This document shows positions 10,372 through 18,608 of a DNA stretch of 64,000 bases, piece after piece (within the stretch, counting starts at the first letter, position 1; each line of letters starts with the position of its first letter). The notes below the pieces were generated by a model that was not told the DNA's origin, ran no database searches, and saw only the letters and a list, made by a program, of their open reading frames with translations. Made by a program: the position numbers and the translations under genes. Origin of the DNA: Synechococcus sp. (GTDB taxonomy: Bacteria; Cyanobacteriota; Cyanobacteriia; PCC-6307; Cyanobiaceae); assembly GCA_047285305.1 (NCBI GenBank), contig JBJBDL010000003.1, forward strand, positions 384,001 through 448,000, given 5' to 3'.

Positions 10372-11568
10372 GTGAAAGTTCTCGTTCTCGGCGGTGACGG
10401 CTTCTGCGGCTGGCCCTGTGCGGTGAACCTGGCGGATCAGGGCCACGACGTTCTGATCGTGGACAACCTCAGCCGTCGCAAGATCGACATCGACCTTGAA
10501 GTTGAGTCGCTGACGCCGATCGTGAGCATCGGTGAGCGCCTCAAAGCCTGGGAGGAAACCGGCGGCAAGCCGATGAGGTTTGTCCACATGGACATCGCCC
10601 ATGAGTACCAGCGGTTGCTGGATCTGCTTCGGGACGAGCGCCCGGATTCCGTGGTCCACTTCGCTGAACAGCGGGCTGCCCCCTATTCGATGAAGAGCAG
10701 CGCCACCAAGCGCTACACCGTGGATAACAACGTCAACGGTACCCACAACCTGCTGGCAGCCATCGTTGAAAGCGGTCAAGACATCCACGTGGTGCATCTG
10801 GGCACCATGGGCGTCTACGGCTATGGCTCCCACCGCGGCGCCACCATCCCCGAGGGATACCTCAAGGTGGAAGTGCCCCAGCCCGACGGCAGCCGCTTCG
10901 AAGAGGAAATCCTCCACCCGGCAAGCCCCGGCAGCGTCTATCACATGACGAAGACGCTCGACCAGCTGCTCTTCCTCTACTACAACAAAAACGACAAGGT
11001 CCGCATCACCGACCTGCACCAGGGCATCGTCTGGGGAACCAACACCGATGCAACCGACCGTGACCCGCGGCTCACCAATCGCTTCGATTACGACGGCGAT
11101 TACGGAACGGTGCTGAACCGCTTCCTGATGCAAGCCGCGATCGGCTACCCGCTCACCGTTCATGGAACCGGGGGCCAGACCCGCGCCTTCATTCACATCC
11201 GCGATTCCGTGCGATGCGTTCAGCTGGCGCTGGAAAACCCTCCGGAACAAGGGGAGCGGGTGAAGATCTTCAACCAGATGACCGAAAGCCATCAGGTGGG
11301 TGAACTGGCCAAGAAAGTAGGCGCCCTCACCGGAGCTCAGGTCAACAACCTGCCCAACCCCCGCAACGAGGCCGTTGAAAACGACCTGATCGTGGACAAC
11401 CGCTGCTTCATCGAGCTGGGCCTCAACCCCACCACCCTCGATGACGGCCTGCTGAAGGAGGTGGTGGAGATCGCCACCCGCTACGCCGACCGTTGCGACC
11501 GCAACCGCATCCTCTGCACCTCCGCCTGGACCAAAACCCAGGCCCAGGCAATCGGCACCGCATCCTGA
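10372..11568 (+). CDS. sqdB: UDP-sulfoquinovose synthase
   Basis: GGDGFCG, HFAEQRAAPYSM, LGTMGVYG, YHMTK, RFDYDGDYGTVLNRF. Confidence 0.96.
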   Translation: MKVLVLGGDGFCGWPCAVNLADQGHDVLIVDNLSRRKIDIDLEVESLTPIVSIGERLKAWEETGGKPMRFVHMDIAHEYQRLLDLLRDERPDSVVHFAEQRAAPYSMKSSATKRYTVDNNVNGTHNLLAAIVESGQDIHVVHLGTMGVYGYGSHRGATIPEGYLKVEVPQPDGSRFEEEILHPASPGSVYHMTKTLDQLLFLYYNKNDKVRITDLHQGIVWGTNTDATDRDPRLTNRFDYDGDYGTVLNRFLMQAAIGYPLTVHGTGGQTRAFIHIRDSVRCVQLALENPPEQGERVKIFNQMTESHQVGELAKKVGALTGAQVNNLPNPRNEAVENDLIVDNRCFIELGLNPTTLDDGLLKEVVEIATRYADRCDRNRILCTSAWTKTQAQAIGTAS

Positions 11569-11581
11569 TTGAGCTTCATCC

Positions 11582-12727
11582 TTGAAAGTCGCCTTCTTCA
11601 CCGAAACCTTCCTGCCGAAGGTCGATGGCATCGTCACCCGTCTGACCAAGACGGTGAAGCATCTGGTGGACGCCGGCGATGAGGTGGTGGTCTTCTGCCC
11701 GGAAGGCTGTCCGGAGGAGTACAGGGGGGCACGCCTGATAGGCGTGCCGGCGATGCCGCTGCCGCTCTATCCCGAGCTCAAACTGGCCTTACCTCGCCCG
11801 GCGGTGTCCGACGCGATCGATGCGTTTCAACCCGATCTGATCCACGTTGTGAACCCGGCGGTGCTGGGTCTTGGCGGCATCTGGCTCGCGAAAAACAAAG
11901 GCATCCCTCTGGTCGCGAGTTATCACACCCACCTGCCCAAGTACCTCGAGCACTACGGCTTAGGAATGCTGGAGCCACTCCTGTGGGAGATGCTCAAGGC
12001 CGCCCACAACCAGGCCCTGCTGAATCTGTGCACTTCCACCGCCATGGTGAAGGAACTCAGCGACAAAGGCATTCAGCACACTGATCTGTGGCAGCGAGGT
12101 GTGGACACGGAGTTGTTCCGTCCCGAGCTGCGCAGCGCGGAGTTGCGCCAGCGGCTTCTAGGAGGCCATGACGACCGTGGTGCGCTGCTGCTCTACGTCG
12201 GCCGCCTCTCCGCGGAGAAGCAGATCGAACGGATCCGCCCCGTGCTGGAGGCCCTTCCCGATGCACGGCTGGCCCTGGTTGGCGATGGTCCCCACCGCCA
12301 ACAACTGGAGAAGCACTTCGAGGGAACCGCCACCACCTTCGTCGGCTATCTCGCCGGGGAAGACCTGGCAGGGGCCTACGCCAGCGGCGATGCCTTTCTC
12401 TTCCCCTCCAGCACGGAGACGCTGGGGCTGGTGCTGCTGGAAGCCATGGCGGCCGGCTGTCCCGTGGTCGGCGCCAACCGTGGCGGCATCCCCGACATCA
12501 TCACCGACGGGATTAACGGCTGCCTCTATGAACCCGACGGCGCCGATGGTGGCGCTGCAAGCCTGATCGAAGCCACACGCCGCCTGCTGGGCAACGACTT
12601 GGAACGCCAGGCCCTGCGCAGCGCTGCTCGCGCCGAAGCCGAGCGCTGGGGCTGGGCAGGCGCCACCGAACAACTGCGGACCTACTACCGCACGGTGCTG
12701 TCAGCGCCTCAACTCACGGCTGCCTAG
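11582..12727 (+). CDS. sqdX: Sulfoquinovosyltransferase (GT4)
   Basis: FTETFLPKVDGIV, ETLGLVLLEAMA; adjacent to sqdB. Confidence 0.92.
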   Translation: MKVAFFTETFLPKVDGIVTRLTKTVKHLVDAGDEVVVFCPEGCPEEYRGARLIGVPAMPLPLYPELKLALPRPAVSDAIDAFQPDLIHVVNPAVLGLGGIWLAKNKGIPLVASYHTHLPKYLEHYGLGMLEPLLWEMLKAAHNQALLNLCTSTAMVKELSDKGIQHTDLWQRGVDTELFRPELRSAELRQRLLGGHDDRGALLLYVGRLSAEKQIERIRPVLEALPDARLALVGDGPHRQQLEKHFEGTATTFVGYLAGEDLAGAYASGDAFLFPSSTETLGLVLLEAMAAGCPVVGANRGGIPDIITDGINGCLYEPDGADGGAASLIEATRRLLGNDLERQALRSAARAEAERWGWAGATEQLRTYYRTVLSAPQLTAA

Positions 12728-14511
12728 CGCTGCCGGGTCCGTTCCCACTCCGCCAGCACCTTCTTGGCCATGGGCAGAGCGTGGACCGACCCACCTCCAG
12801 GGGTGTTCTGGGCAAAGGCCACCACCACTATTTTGCCATCGGGATACGGGGCATAGCAGCCGAACCAGGCGTGATCAGGTCCTCCCGTGCTGTCTTCAGC
12901 CGTTCCGGTTTTGCCAGCCGCCGCAGGAATGCCAGGGCCTTTTAGGCCGGCACCAGTCCCGGCCTCCACTACTTTGCGCAGGCCCTCCCGGATCGTCTGC
13001 AACGTTGATGGCTTCATAGGCACCTTGGTGCGGTGCTCCGAACTCATCCAGTCGATCTCAACGGCGGCGAGATGCGGCGTCACCAACCAACCACCATTAG
13101 CGAACACCGCATAGGCGCGGGCCAACTGCAAGGGAGTGATCTGCACAACGGACTGACCGATGGAGGCACTGGCCATGTCCTCAGGGATCCATGGAGTGGT
13201 GCCGGGATCGGTCCAGCCGCGGCCACGGGCAGCCCATTCTTCATCTCCCACCAGTCCGACACTCTCTTCCCAGCCGATCTCAATGCCAGTTTTCTGCTGG
13301 AAGCCCAACTGATCAGCCGCCTGTTTGAGGGCCTTGGAGCCGACCCCAACACCCACTTGGTAGAAGAAGGTGTTGCTGGAGAAACGCAGGGCATCCGCAT
13401 AGCCGATGTAGCCGAAACCAGCCCCGTTGTGCTCCAGGAAGCAATGGCCGCCATAGGTGATGCAGGCCGTGGTTTGGAGATTGGTATCAGGCGGGAATTT
13501 GCCAGACTCCATGCCCGCCATCGCCGTCACCGGCTTCCAGGTGCTGCCGGGGTCATAGGGATTCATGGCCCGGGACAGCAACGGCTTCTTCGGATTGGAG
13601 AAGAGGGCGTCGTACTCCTTCTGGGTGGTGATCAGCTTGGAGAAGAAGTTCGGATCAAAACTGGGACGGCTGGCCAAAGCCAACACAGCACCCGTGGCGG
13701 CCTCAAGCGCCACAACGGCGCCACCGGGCTTGTCTGCCAGCGCCTGCTCCGCCACCCGCTGCAGATCCAGGTCGAGGGTGAGCACCAGATCCTTTCCTGC
13801 TTGAGACGGTTGATCGCCCAGGTTGCGCTGGACCTCGCCCATGGCATTCACCTCGAGCATCTGGCCGCCCCACTTCCCGCGCAGATGGCGCTCGTAAGCC
13901 GCTTCAACTCCGGTACGACCAATCCGATCGCGGATCTTGTAGCCCTTCTTCGCCAGGATTTCGAATTCACTTTCCGTGATCGGCTGGGTGTAGCCGAGGG
14001 CGTGAGCCGCCAGGGTTCCATTGGGATAGGAGCGCAGGATGTCGACATCCACCTGGGCACCCCGCAACCCCAGGGCCTGCTCCTGGAAGCGCAGCACCTG
14101 TTCCGGCTTGAGATCGAGGGCCAACGTGGTGCGGTAACCATCCCGATCCAGGCCCTTTTGCCGGCGCTGGTCGAGCAGATCAGGCTTCAGGCTCAGCAGC
14201 CGTGCCAAGCGATCCCGCAGATCCGGCCAGTCGTCATCGCTGACCAGACGCGGCTCAAGGTACAGGGAGTAAGTGAGTTTGCTGGTGGCCAGCACCCGGC
14301 CTTTGCGATCAAGCAACCGACCGCGAATGGGCGAGCGAGGCACCAGACGGATGCGATTTTCATCCGCCAGTTCACGAAAGCGGGACCCTTCCAGCAGCTG
14401 CATCCAAACCAGGCGGCTGACCATGGCGCTGCAGAACAGCAGCACCAACACCAGCAGCACCAGGGGTTGCTGACGCAGACCAGTCTGACGCTGCTGGGCG
14501 GAACGGGTCAT
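12724..14511 (-). CDS. mrdA: Penicillin-binding protein 2
   Basis: N-terminal transmembrane helix, RGRLLDR, STWK (SxxK), SSN (SxN), KTGTAE. Confidence 0.93.
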   Translation of the reverse strand: MTRSAQQRQTGLRQQPLVLLVLVLLFCSAMVSRLVWMQLLEGSRFRELADENRIRLVPRSPIRGRLLDRKGRVLATSKLTYSLYLEPRLVSDDDWPDLRDRLARLLSLKPDLLDQRRQKGLDRDGYRTTLALDLKPEQVLRFQEQALGLRGAQVDVDILRSYPNGTLAAHALGYTQPITESEFEILAKKGYKIRDRIGRTGVEAAYERHLRGKWGGQMLEVNAMGEVQRNLGDQPSQAGKDLVLTLDLDLQRVAEQALADKPGGAVVALEAATGAVLALASRPSFDPNFFSKLITTQKEYDALFSNPKKPLLSRAMNPYDPGSTWKPVTAMAGMESGKFPPDTNLQTTACITYGGHCFLEHNGAGFGYIGYADALRFSSNTFFYQVGVGVGSKALKQAADQLGFQQKTGIEIGWEESVGLVGDEEWAARGRGWTDPGTTPWIPEDMASASIGQSVVQITPLQLARAYAVFANGGWLVTPHLAAVEIDWMSSEHRTKVPMKPSTLQTIREGLRKVVEAGTGAGLKGPGIPAAAGKTGTAEDSTGGPDHAWFGCYAPYPDGKIVVVAFAQNTPGGGSVHALPMAKKVLAEWERTRQR

Positions 14512-14891
14512 TCCGGCTGGTGCGCTGGCAAACGGCGGCGCAACTCCTCGAGGTGCTCTTCAATCCGGCTCAAGGTCGGCAGCAAGTCGTCGGGGCCGTC
14601 CTGGTCAACCGTTGCCGGTTCGTCCACAGATACCGAAACCGGCATCACCGGATTGCCCAGCCCGGGGCTCACAGCATCCAGCTGTTCTCGCACGTCGCGG
14701 GCCACGGGCTCACCCTCCTGACGCAAATCAGCGATGGGGTCCTCCGAGCCGGCCGTAAACGCCTCCACCACTTTGCCGGGACCACCCTGCCGGGCCCGTT
14801 CCAGCACGGCCAGCCCCACAGGGAGCACGTCCTGCATCAAGGACAGACGCAACTGGTCGAGCGGGTTGTCGGAGTTGGAATCAGCGGCCAT
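14508..14891 (-). CDS. Hypothetical protein
   Basis: Stop overlaps the mrdA start (ATGA); host-like codon usage. Confidence 0.75.
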   Translation of the reverse strand: MAADSNSDNPLDQLRLSLMQDVLPVGLAVLERARQGGPGKVVEAFTAGSEDPIADLRQEGEPVARDVREQLDAVSPGLGNPVMPVSVSVDEPATVDQDGPDDLLPTLSRIEEHLEELRRRLPAHQPE

Positions 14892-14900
14892 GGGGCCAGA

Positions 14901-15512
14901 TCAACGGACCCCAGTCTGTCCCGAAGGAAGGGCCAATGTTGGACAAGCGGAACGGTCCGCCGCCAGGGACCAGCCCATCACACCACTGAGCACCATCAGC
15001 ATCACAAAAGGCACCAGTGCTTTCTGGGTGGTGTCCAGCAGGATCCACTCGCTCCAGGCACGCCAGAAGCGGCTGCGCTCAAAGCGGCGGTGCTCACGGG
15101 TTTCGTCGCGCTGACGCCGCCGGATCGCCTTGTCCACCCAACGCTCGAAGGCCCGCTTCTTGGTGATCGTCATCTTGCGTTCCACCTCGAGCATCTGCCC
15201 GGAACCCAGTTCAGGATGGAAGGTGCTGATCAGCTCCAGGCTCTTTAGGAACATCTCCACAGCGCCATCGTGGACTGCGGTGGCGTGATCATCCAGCTGT
15301 CCCCAGTCGAGTTCGGGGTAAAAACGACTGCGGTTGGCCGTGATCTGATCCTCCGTCAACTGGCCGGGCTCCCGCAGCCAGCGATCGGTGTTGCTGTCGA
15401 ACCGTCGCCAGTAAAGAAAGGGGTTCAGATAGATCGTGCGACCACCCAGCTGAATGCTGTCCTGCTGCAGCCGACGCTGCAGCTGAACATCTTGCTGATG
15501 TGTCGCCGTCAT
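14901..15512 (-). CDS. Hypothetical membrane protein
   Basis: Operon spacing with downstream genes; C-terminal hydrophobic helix. Confidence 0.75.
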   Translation of the reverse strand: MTATHQQDVQLQRRLQQDSIQLGGRTIYLNPFLYWRRFDSNTDRWLREPGQLTEDQITANRSRFYPELDWGQLDDHATAVHDGAVEMFLKSLELISTFHPELGSGQMLEVERKMTITKKRAFERWVDKAIRRRQRDETREHRRFERSRFWRAWSEWILLDTTQKALVPFVMLMVLSGVMGWSLAADRSACPTLALPSGQTGVR

Positions 15513-15703
15513 ATCCCAAAGGCCGGTGGCCCAAGGTATCGGTGATGCAGGGCCGTCGCCAGCCGTGATTCAGCCTGCGTAGGGCGGGAGAACCCTAAAG
15601 GGTCCAATATTTTGCATTTGACGTCGGATGCTTCTTTAACGATTTTAGCGAAAACCATTGACAATACTTTTACAAGAAGCAGAAAAATAGGGAATCTATT
15701 TTT

Positions 15704-16477
15704 TTATCTCTTGGCAATCAAGAAATACCATGGCATTAAAATGGGTCCTGATTTCTGGAGCAATGTGCCATCTTTAGCCTCAATCGAATATGTCCCCATC
15801 TTATTGATGTCATCAGGTCTCGAGATGGGTGTGACTAAGTCAAATTGTTTCCAAATAAAATCTTTGAATCCGTTGTTACGCAAGCAATCCTCAACCAATG
15901 GAATACTGTAGATATTGTAAGGAAAACTTGTGTGATTTTCGGACGACCCTGCATAGGTTTTAATCGTAATCTCTGCTTCAATAAATCCTTCGTAGAAAAG
16001 AGAAGAGATTGCAATCCACTTGCTACCTAGATTGCAGAGTTGAATTAGAGACTCTCTCCAATTTGTCAACCATGACATAGTCTGCAAAAACAAAATACCA
16101 TCAATTTCGACACTTTTTTCTCTTGCTGCCCTGCCAAGCTGCCCAAGATTATAAATATCTGCCTGCCTAAAAGAGACTGCGTTAAATCTGTCAGATTTCG
16201 CCTTCGATTTGTAATCTTCAGCAATTGAGAGGAATTCTTCTTGGTGGTCAAATCCAATTGCGTGTTTAAGCGCAAATCTATTTGCGGCATAAAAGATATT
16301 GGCTCCGCTTCCACAGCATGCATCAACTACTGAAGTCCCAGGCGGCATTAACTTTTCTTTTTCAAGGAAGTCAAAGAAAGCGACGGTCGACTGGTAGGGA
16401 TTATTTAATTGCCTCGTAAAATATTCCATATTGGAATTTTCACTATTCCATTCACTGGATTGTTGCGTCTTATCCAT
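15704..16477 (-). CDS. Class I SAM-dependent methyltransferase (foreign, AT-rich)
   Basis: VVDACCGSG motif I, IGFD acidic motif, FRQADIY; AT-rich codons unlike the flanks. Confidence 0.85.
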   Translation of the reverse strand: MDKTQQSSEWNSENSNMEYFTRQLNNPYQSTVAFFDFLEKEKLMPPGTSVVDACCGSGANIFYAANRFALKHAIGFDHQEEFLSIAEDYKSKAKSDRFNAVSFRQADIYNLGQLGRAAREKSVEIDGILFLQTMSWLTNWRESLIQLCNLGSKWIAISSLFYEGFIEAEITIKTYAGSSENHTSFPYNIYSIPLVEDCLRNNGFKDFIWKQFDLVTPISRPDDINKMGTYSIEAKDGTLLQKSGPILMPWYFLIAKR

Positions 16478-17100
16478 GTCTCAGAGGGCGCTACTATATC
16501 TAAGTTAGCACAGCATCTTCGCTTTTAAATATCTAATTTTCTTATTCATATCTCTTCATCAGCATCTTCACCTGTTGTCGGACAGTGTTCTTTTCCATCT
16601 CTGCCCTGAAACTACCGTCTGATTTATTCTTCTGTGATTTCCCTCTGGGCCTGCAATTCTGAATGCCAACCCACGTCGGATATTTGCCAATAGCAACATT
16701 CCATGCATTCACAAATTCAATTGCATAGGTGTTAATGGCATTGCTGAGGGTGATGGCAGTTGACAGCTAGCAGGAATCTCTCGGACACTTCAGCAGGTAT
16801 ATGGATTGATTCTCTGCAACATACATCACTGCTTTTTTCTGCTACAGCATGGACACTGCAGATTAGTGAAGGTGTAGTGACCGTTGTATCTGCTACTAGA
16901 TTCTCTGCCACCAAACTTGCTACTTAGATTCATGGCATGGGGATAATAGTTTGATACACAAAGTTGATTCATTTCTACTTGCTCTATTGATATGAGTATC
17001 AATCTCCAAAGGCTTCCGATTGGTCACGGCTTCCCCCCTGTCGTCCGCAGAGGCAACAGACCTTCTACGACTTCTTCACATAGAAGATGACGGGTGACAT

Positions 17101-17169
17101 GGGGTAGTTGCGGGGTAGTAGGTCTCGCAAAAACCTGTCGTGACGGCGACCCCGAAGTTAAGGGGTAGT
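17101..17169 (+). repeat. GGGGTAGT direct repeats x3 (putative integrase arm sites)
   Basis: Exact copies at 17101-17108, 17112-17119 (11-bp phasing) and 17162-17169, about 40 bp from the att-like core. Confidence 0.65.
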
Positions 17170-17207
17170 CAAACAATCCAGTGATACCAATCGGTTAGGC
17201 CTTGTGC

Positions 17208-17220
17208 ACTATTCCCACTC
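17208..17220 (-). repeat. att-like copy of the guaA 3' end (GAGTGGGAATAGT on the minus strand)
   Basis: 12/13 identical to 19796-19808 (GAGTGGGAGTAGT); both read Glu-Trp-Glu-stop. Confidence 0.75.
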
Positions 17221-17279
17221 AGTAGTTGGGACTTCCCGTTCTCCTGCTGGGAACTGAGGTCTGCGAACTGACTCTAGGC

Positions 17280-17425
17280 GGGGAAACCGAGGTGAAACCC
17301 CAAAAGACCGGTCTGAGAGGGTCCTGGAGGGGTTAGACGACGCCTCTACAGAGAAGTCGCAGAGAACTTTCTACGACGTCGCCTGTAGAGGAATCGGGTT
17401 TTGGTCGGGTGAAACCCGGGTGAAA
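17280..17425 (+). repeat. GGTGAAA arm-like repeats, left end of element
   Basis: GGGGAAA 17280 / GGTGAAA 17291 and GGTGAAA 17408 / 17419, each pair 11 bp apart. Confidence 0.65.
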
Positions 17426-17454
17426 GTCCTGCGCTTGGGAAGAGTTCATCAGAC

Positions 17455-17490
17455 AAAAAAGACCTCTGAGGTTTCCCACCCTCAGAGGTC
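17455..17490 (-). terminator. Intrinsic terminator
   Basis: Perfect 11-bp stem GACCTCTGAGG/CCTCAGAGGTC, 8-nt loop, T6 on the minus strand. Confidence 0.85.
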
Positions 17491-17580
17491 CTGTCCTCTC
17501 GTTCTGACGCCCCATCACCTTCCTCCTCGTCTCTGGTGATGAGGAGTAGGAGAACCGTCAGAAATGGTGGTGAGGACCGT
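17455..17580 (-). ncRNA. Putative structured small RNA, unit 5
   Basis: Nested stems 17493-98/17572-77, 17502-09/17556-63 and 17513-19/17535-41, followed by an 11-bp terminator stem and U6. Confidence 0.5.
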
Positions 17581-17606
17581 TCATGGTTCGGTCGCCCGCA
17601 GGCAAT

Positions 17607-17690
17607 AAAAAAGGCGGCAGGGAATGCCGCCACTAAGGGGACGTATGCGTCGAAGGTGCTGTCGTTCCAGCGAACCCACCCTCTTGAAAC
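17607..17690 (-). ncRNA. Putative small RNA, unit 4 (complementary to units 2 and 3); 5' end uncertain
   Basis: GGCGGCA/TGCCGCC stem plus T6; preceded by CGACGCAUACGUCCCCU. Confidence 0.45.
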
Positions 17691-17726
17691 CACCAGCGCT
17701 GCCGTGGGTGCCGTTTACGAACTGCC

Positions 17727-17835
17727 AAAAAAAGGAGGGTCCCTAATCCCTCCCCGTACGACGCATCGTCCCCTCACCGAAGGGAACAAAACCAAGGTGA
17801 TGGAAGAAATACCTACGAGTCGTCGCCATCACGAC
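17727..17835 (-). ncRNA. Putative three-hairpin small RNA, unit 3
   Basis: Stems 17797-803/17826-32 and 17768-74/17781-87 (G-U pair on the minus strand), AUGCGUC linker, GGAGGG/CCCUCC plus U7. Confidence 0.55.
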
Positions 17836-17863
17836 AAAACGTCGCTGGTGTAAGGCAACCAAG

Positions 17864-17965
17864 AAAAAGGAGGGTTCCCTACTCCCTCCCTCGATGACGC
17901 ATTCACCCCTTCCGAAGAAGGTTGAGCGGATGATCGCCACGCCACGGACCTGGTGCCATCCGTAG
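17864..17965 (-). ncRNA. Putative three-hairpin small RNA, unit 2 (paralogue of unit 3)
   Basis: Stem 17927-32/17957-62, cUUCGg tetraloop hairpin 17903-25, AUGCGUC linker, GGAGGG/CCCUCC plus U5. Confidence 0.55.
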
Positions 17966-17976
17966 AAGCGCCCATT

Positions 17977-18085
17977 GAGAAGGGGGGCAAGCGGTACCCC
18001 CCTAAAGGTCGTTGAGACCTGGTTACTGCTTCAGCGGTCTCTGACCTCATCCCTGGTCTAAGGCGGGTCGGAGCACCAGGACATG
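17977..18085 (-). ncRNA. Putative three-hairpin RNA, unit 1 (or 3' UTR of the upstream operon)
   Basis: Stems 18052-57/18075-80, 18006-10/18043-47 with 18014-19/18036-41, and AGGGGGG/CCCCCCT with a weak U tail. Confidence 0.35.
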
Positions 18086-18100
18086 AGCGGAACTACTGCT

Positions 18101-18346
18101 TCAGGGTTCAGCAGTCGCACCCCATAGCGGTCTCGTCTTCTTCCACCCCTGCGTCTGAAGCGACTTCCACAACTGCTCTGCGGCGTCCTTCCTGAGATAC
18201 CGACGCTCCTTCAGCAGTGGTGGTCCTTCAGGCATTGATCGCCCTCGGTCGATGAAGACCTTGGGATCTCTTACCCAGGCGGAGTTGTCCCGATGGAATC
18301 TCCAGACCCAGTGGTCGTTGGCATCAATCAACCATCCCTCTTTCAT
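18101..18346 (-). CDS. DUF1651-like small protein (81 aa)
   Basis: MKEGWLID...RFHRD...PPLLKERRYLRKDAAEQLWKSLQTQGWKKTRPLWG matches my recollection of this picocyanobacterial family; TGATG overlap with the upstream gene. Confidence 0.75.
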   Translation of the reverse strand: MKEGWLIDANDHWVWRFHRDNSAWVRDPKVFIDRGRSMPEGPPLLKERRYLRKDAAEQLWKSLQTQGWKKTRPLWGATAEP

Positions 18347-18576
18347 CACGCCACCTCCGGGCACCAACCCACTTCCGCTTGCCTGCGGACCATCCAGTTG
18401 CGACACCTCTTGATGAGGTGTTCTCCGTGAGGGACCTGGCGACGCTGAAGACCACAGGTCAGCAACGTGTGGCAGTGCTGCTCGCAGACATAAGAGAAGT
18501 GCTGGCAGGTCATGCAGACGCACGACGACCTGGTCTGCTTCAGACCATCCACAAAGTCCCATTCCTCTTCCGCCAT
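18346..18576 (-). CDS. Cys/His-rich small protein (76 aa), probable metal-binding
   Basis: CVCMTCQHF, HCHTLLTC, GEHL..RC motifs; strong AGGAGG ribosome-binding site; coupled to the DUF1651-like gene. Confidence 0.75.
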   Translation of the reverse strand: MAEEEWDFVDGLKQTRSSCVCMTCQHFSYVCEQHCHTLLTCGLQRRQVPHGEHLIKRCRNWMVRRQAEVGWCPEVA

Positions 18577-18594
18577 CGAAGCCTCCTTTTGAGT

Positions 18595-18608
18595 AGTTCA
18601 TATGTTCT
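18595..18608. promoter_or_regulatory. Putative LexA box
   Basis: AGTTCATATGTTCT, one mismatch to cyanobacterial RGTACNNNDGTWCB, inside the imperfect palindrome 18591-18612, just upstream of the RBS of 18576. Confidence 0.6.

Larger units (their letters stand above)
15606..17220. mobile_element. Eroded AT-rich islet (distal element at the guaA site); left boundary approximate
   Basis: Abrupt shift to AT-rich DNA near 15606; right end has GGGGTAGT repeats next to a guaA-terminus copy; no integrase seen. Confidence 0.55.

Noticed and set aside
15513..15605. GC-rich intergenic stretch considered as SRP RNA, tRNA or riboswitch
   Set aside because: No GGAA/AGCAG SRP loop, cloverleaf or known aptamer seen
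17333..18050. Track ORFs of 61-115 aa across the hairpin array
   Set aside because: Mutually overlapping, run through terminators and lack protein-like motifs; the RNA-structure reading explains the sequence better
17455..18085. CRISPR array, retron msr-msd or integron attC interpretation of the hairpin array
   Set aside because: No identical repeats with unique spacers; no cas, reverse transcriptase or integron integrase; no ORF cassettes between units
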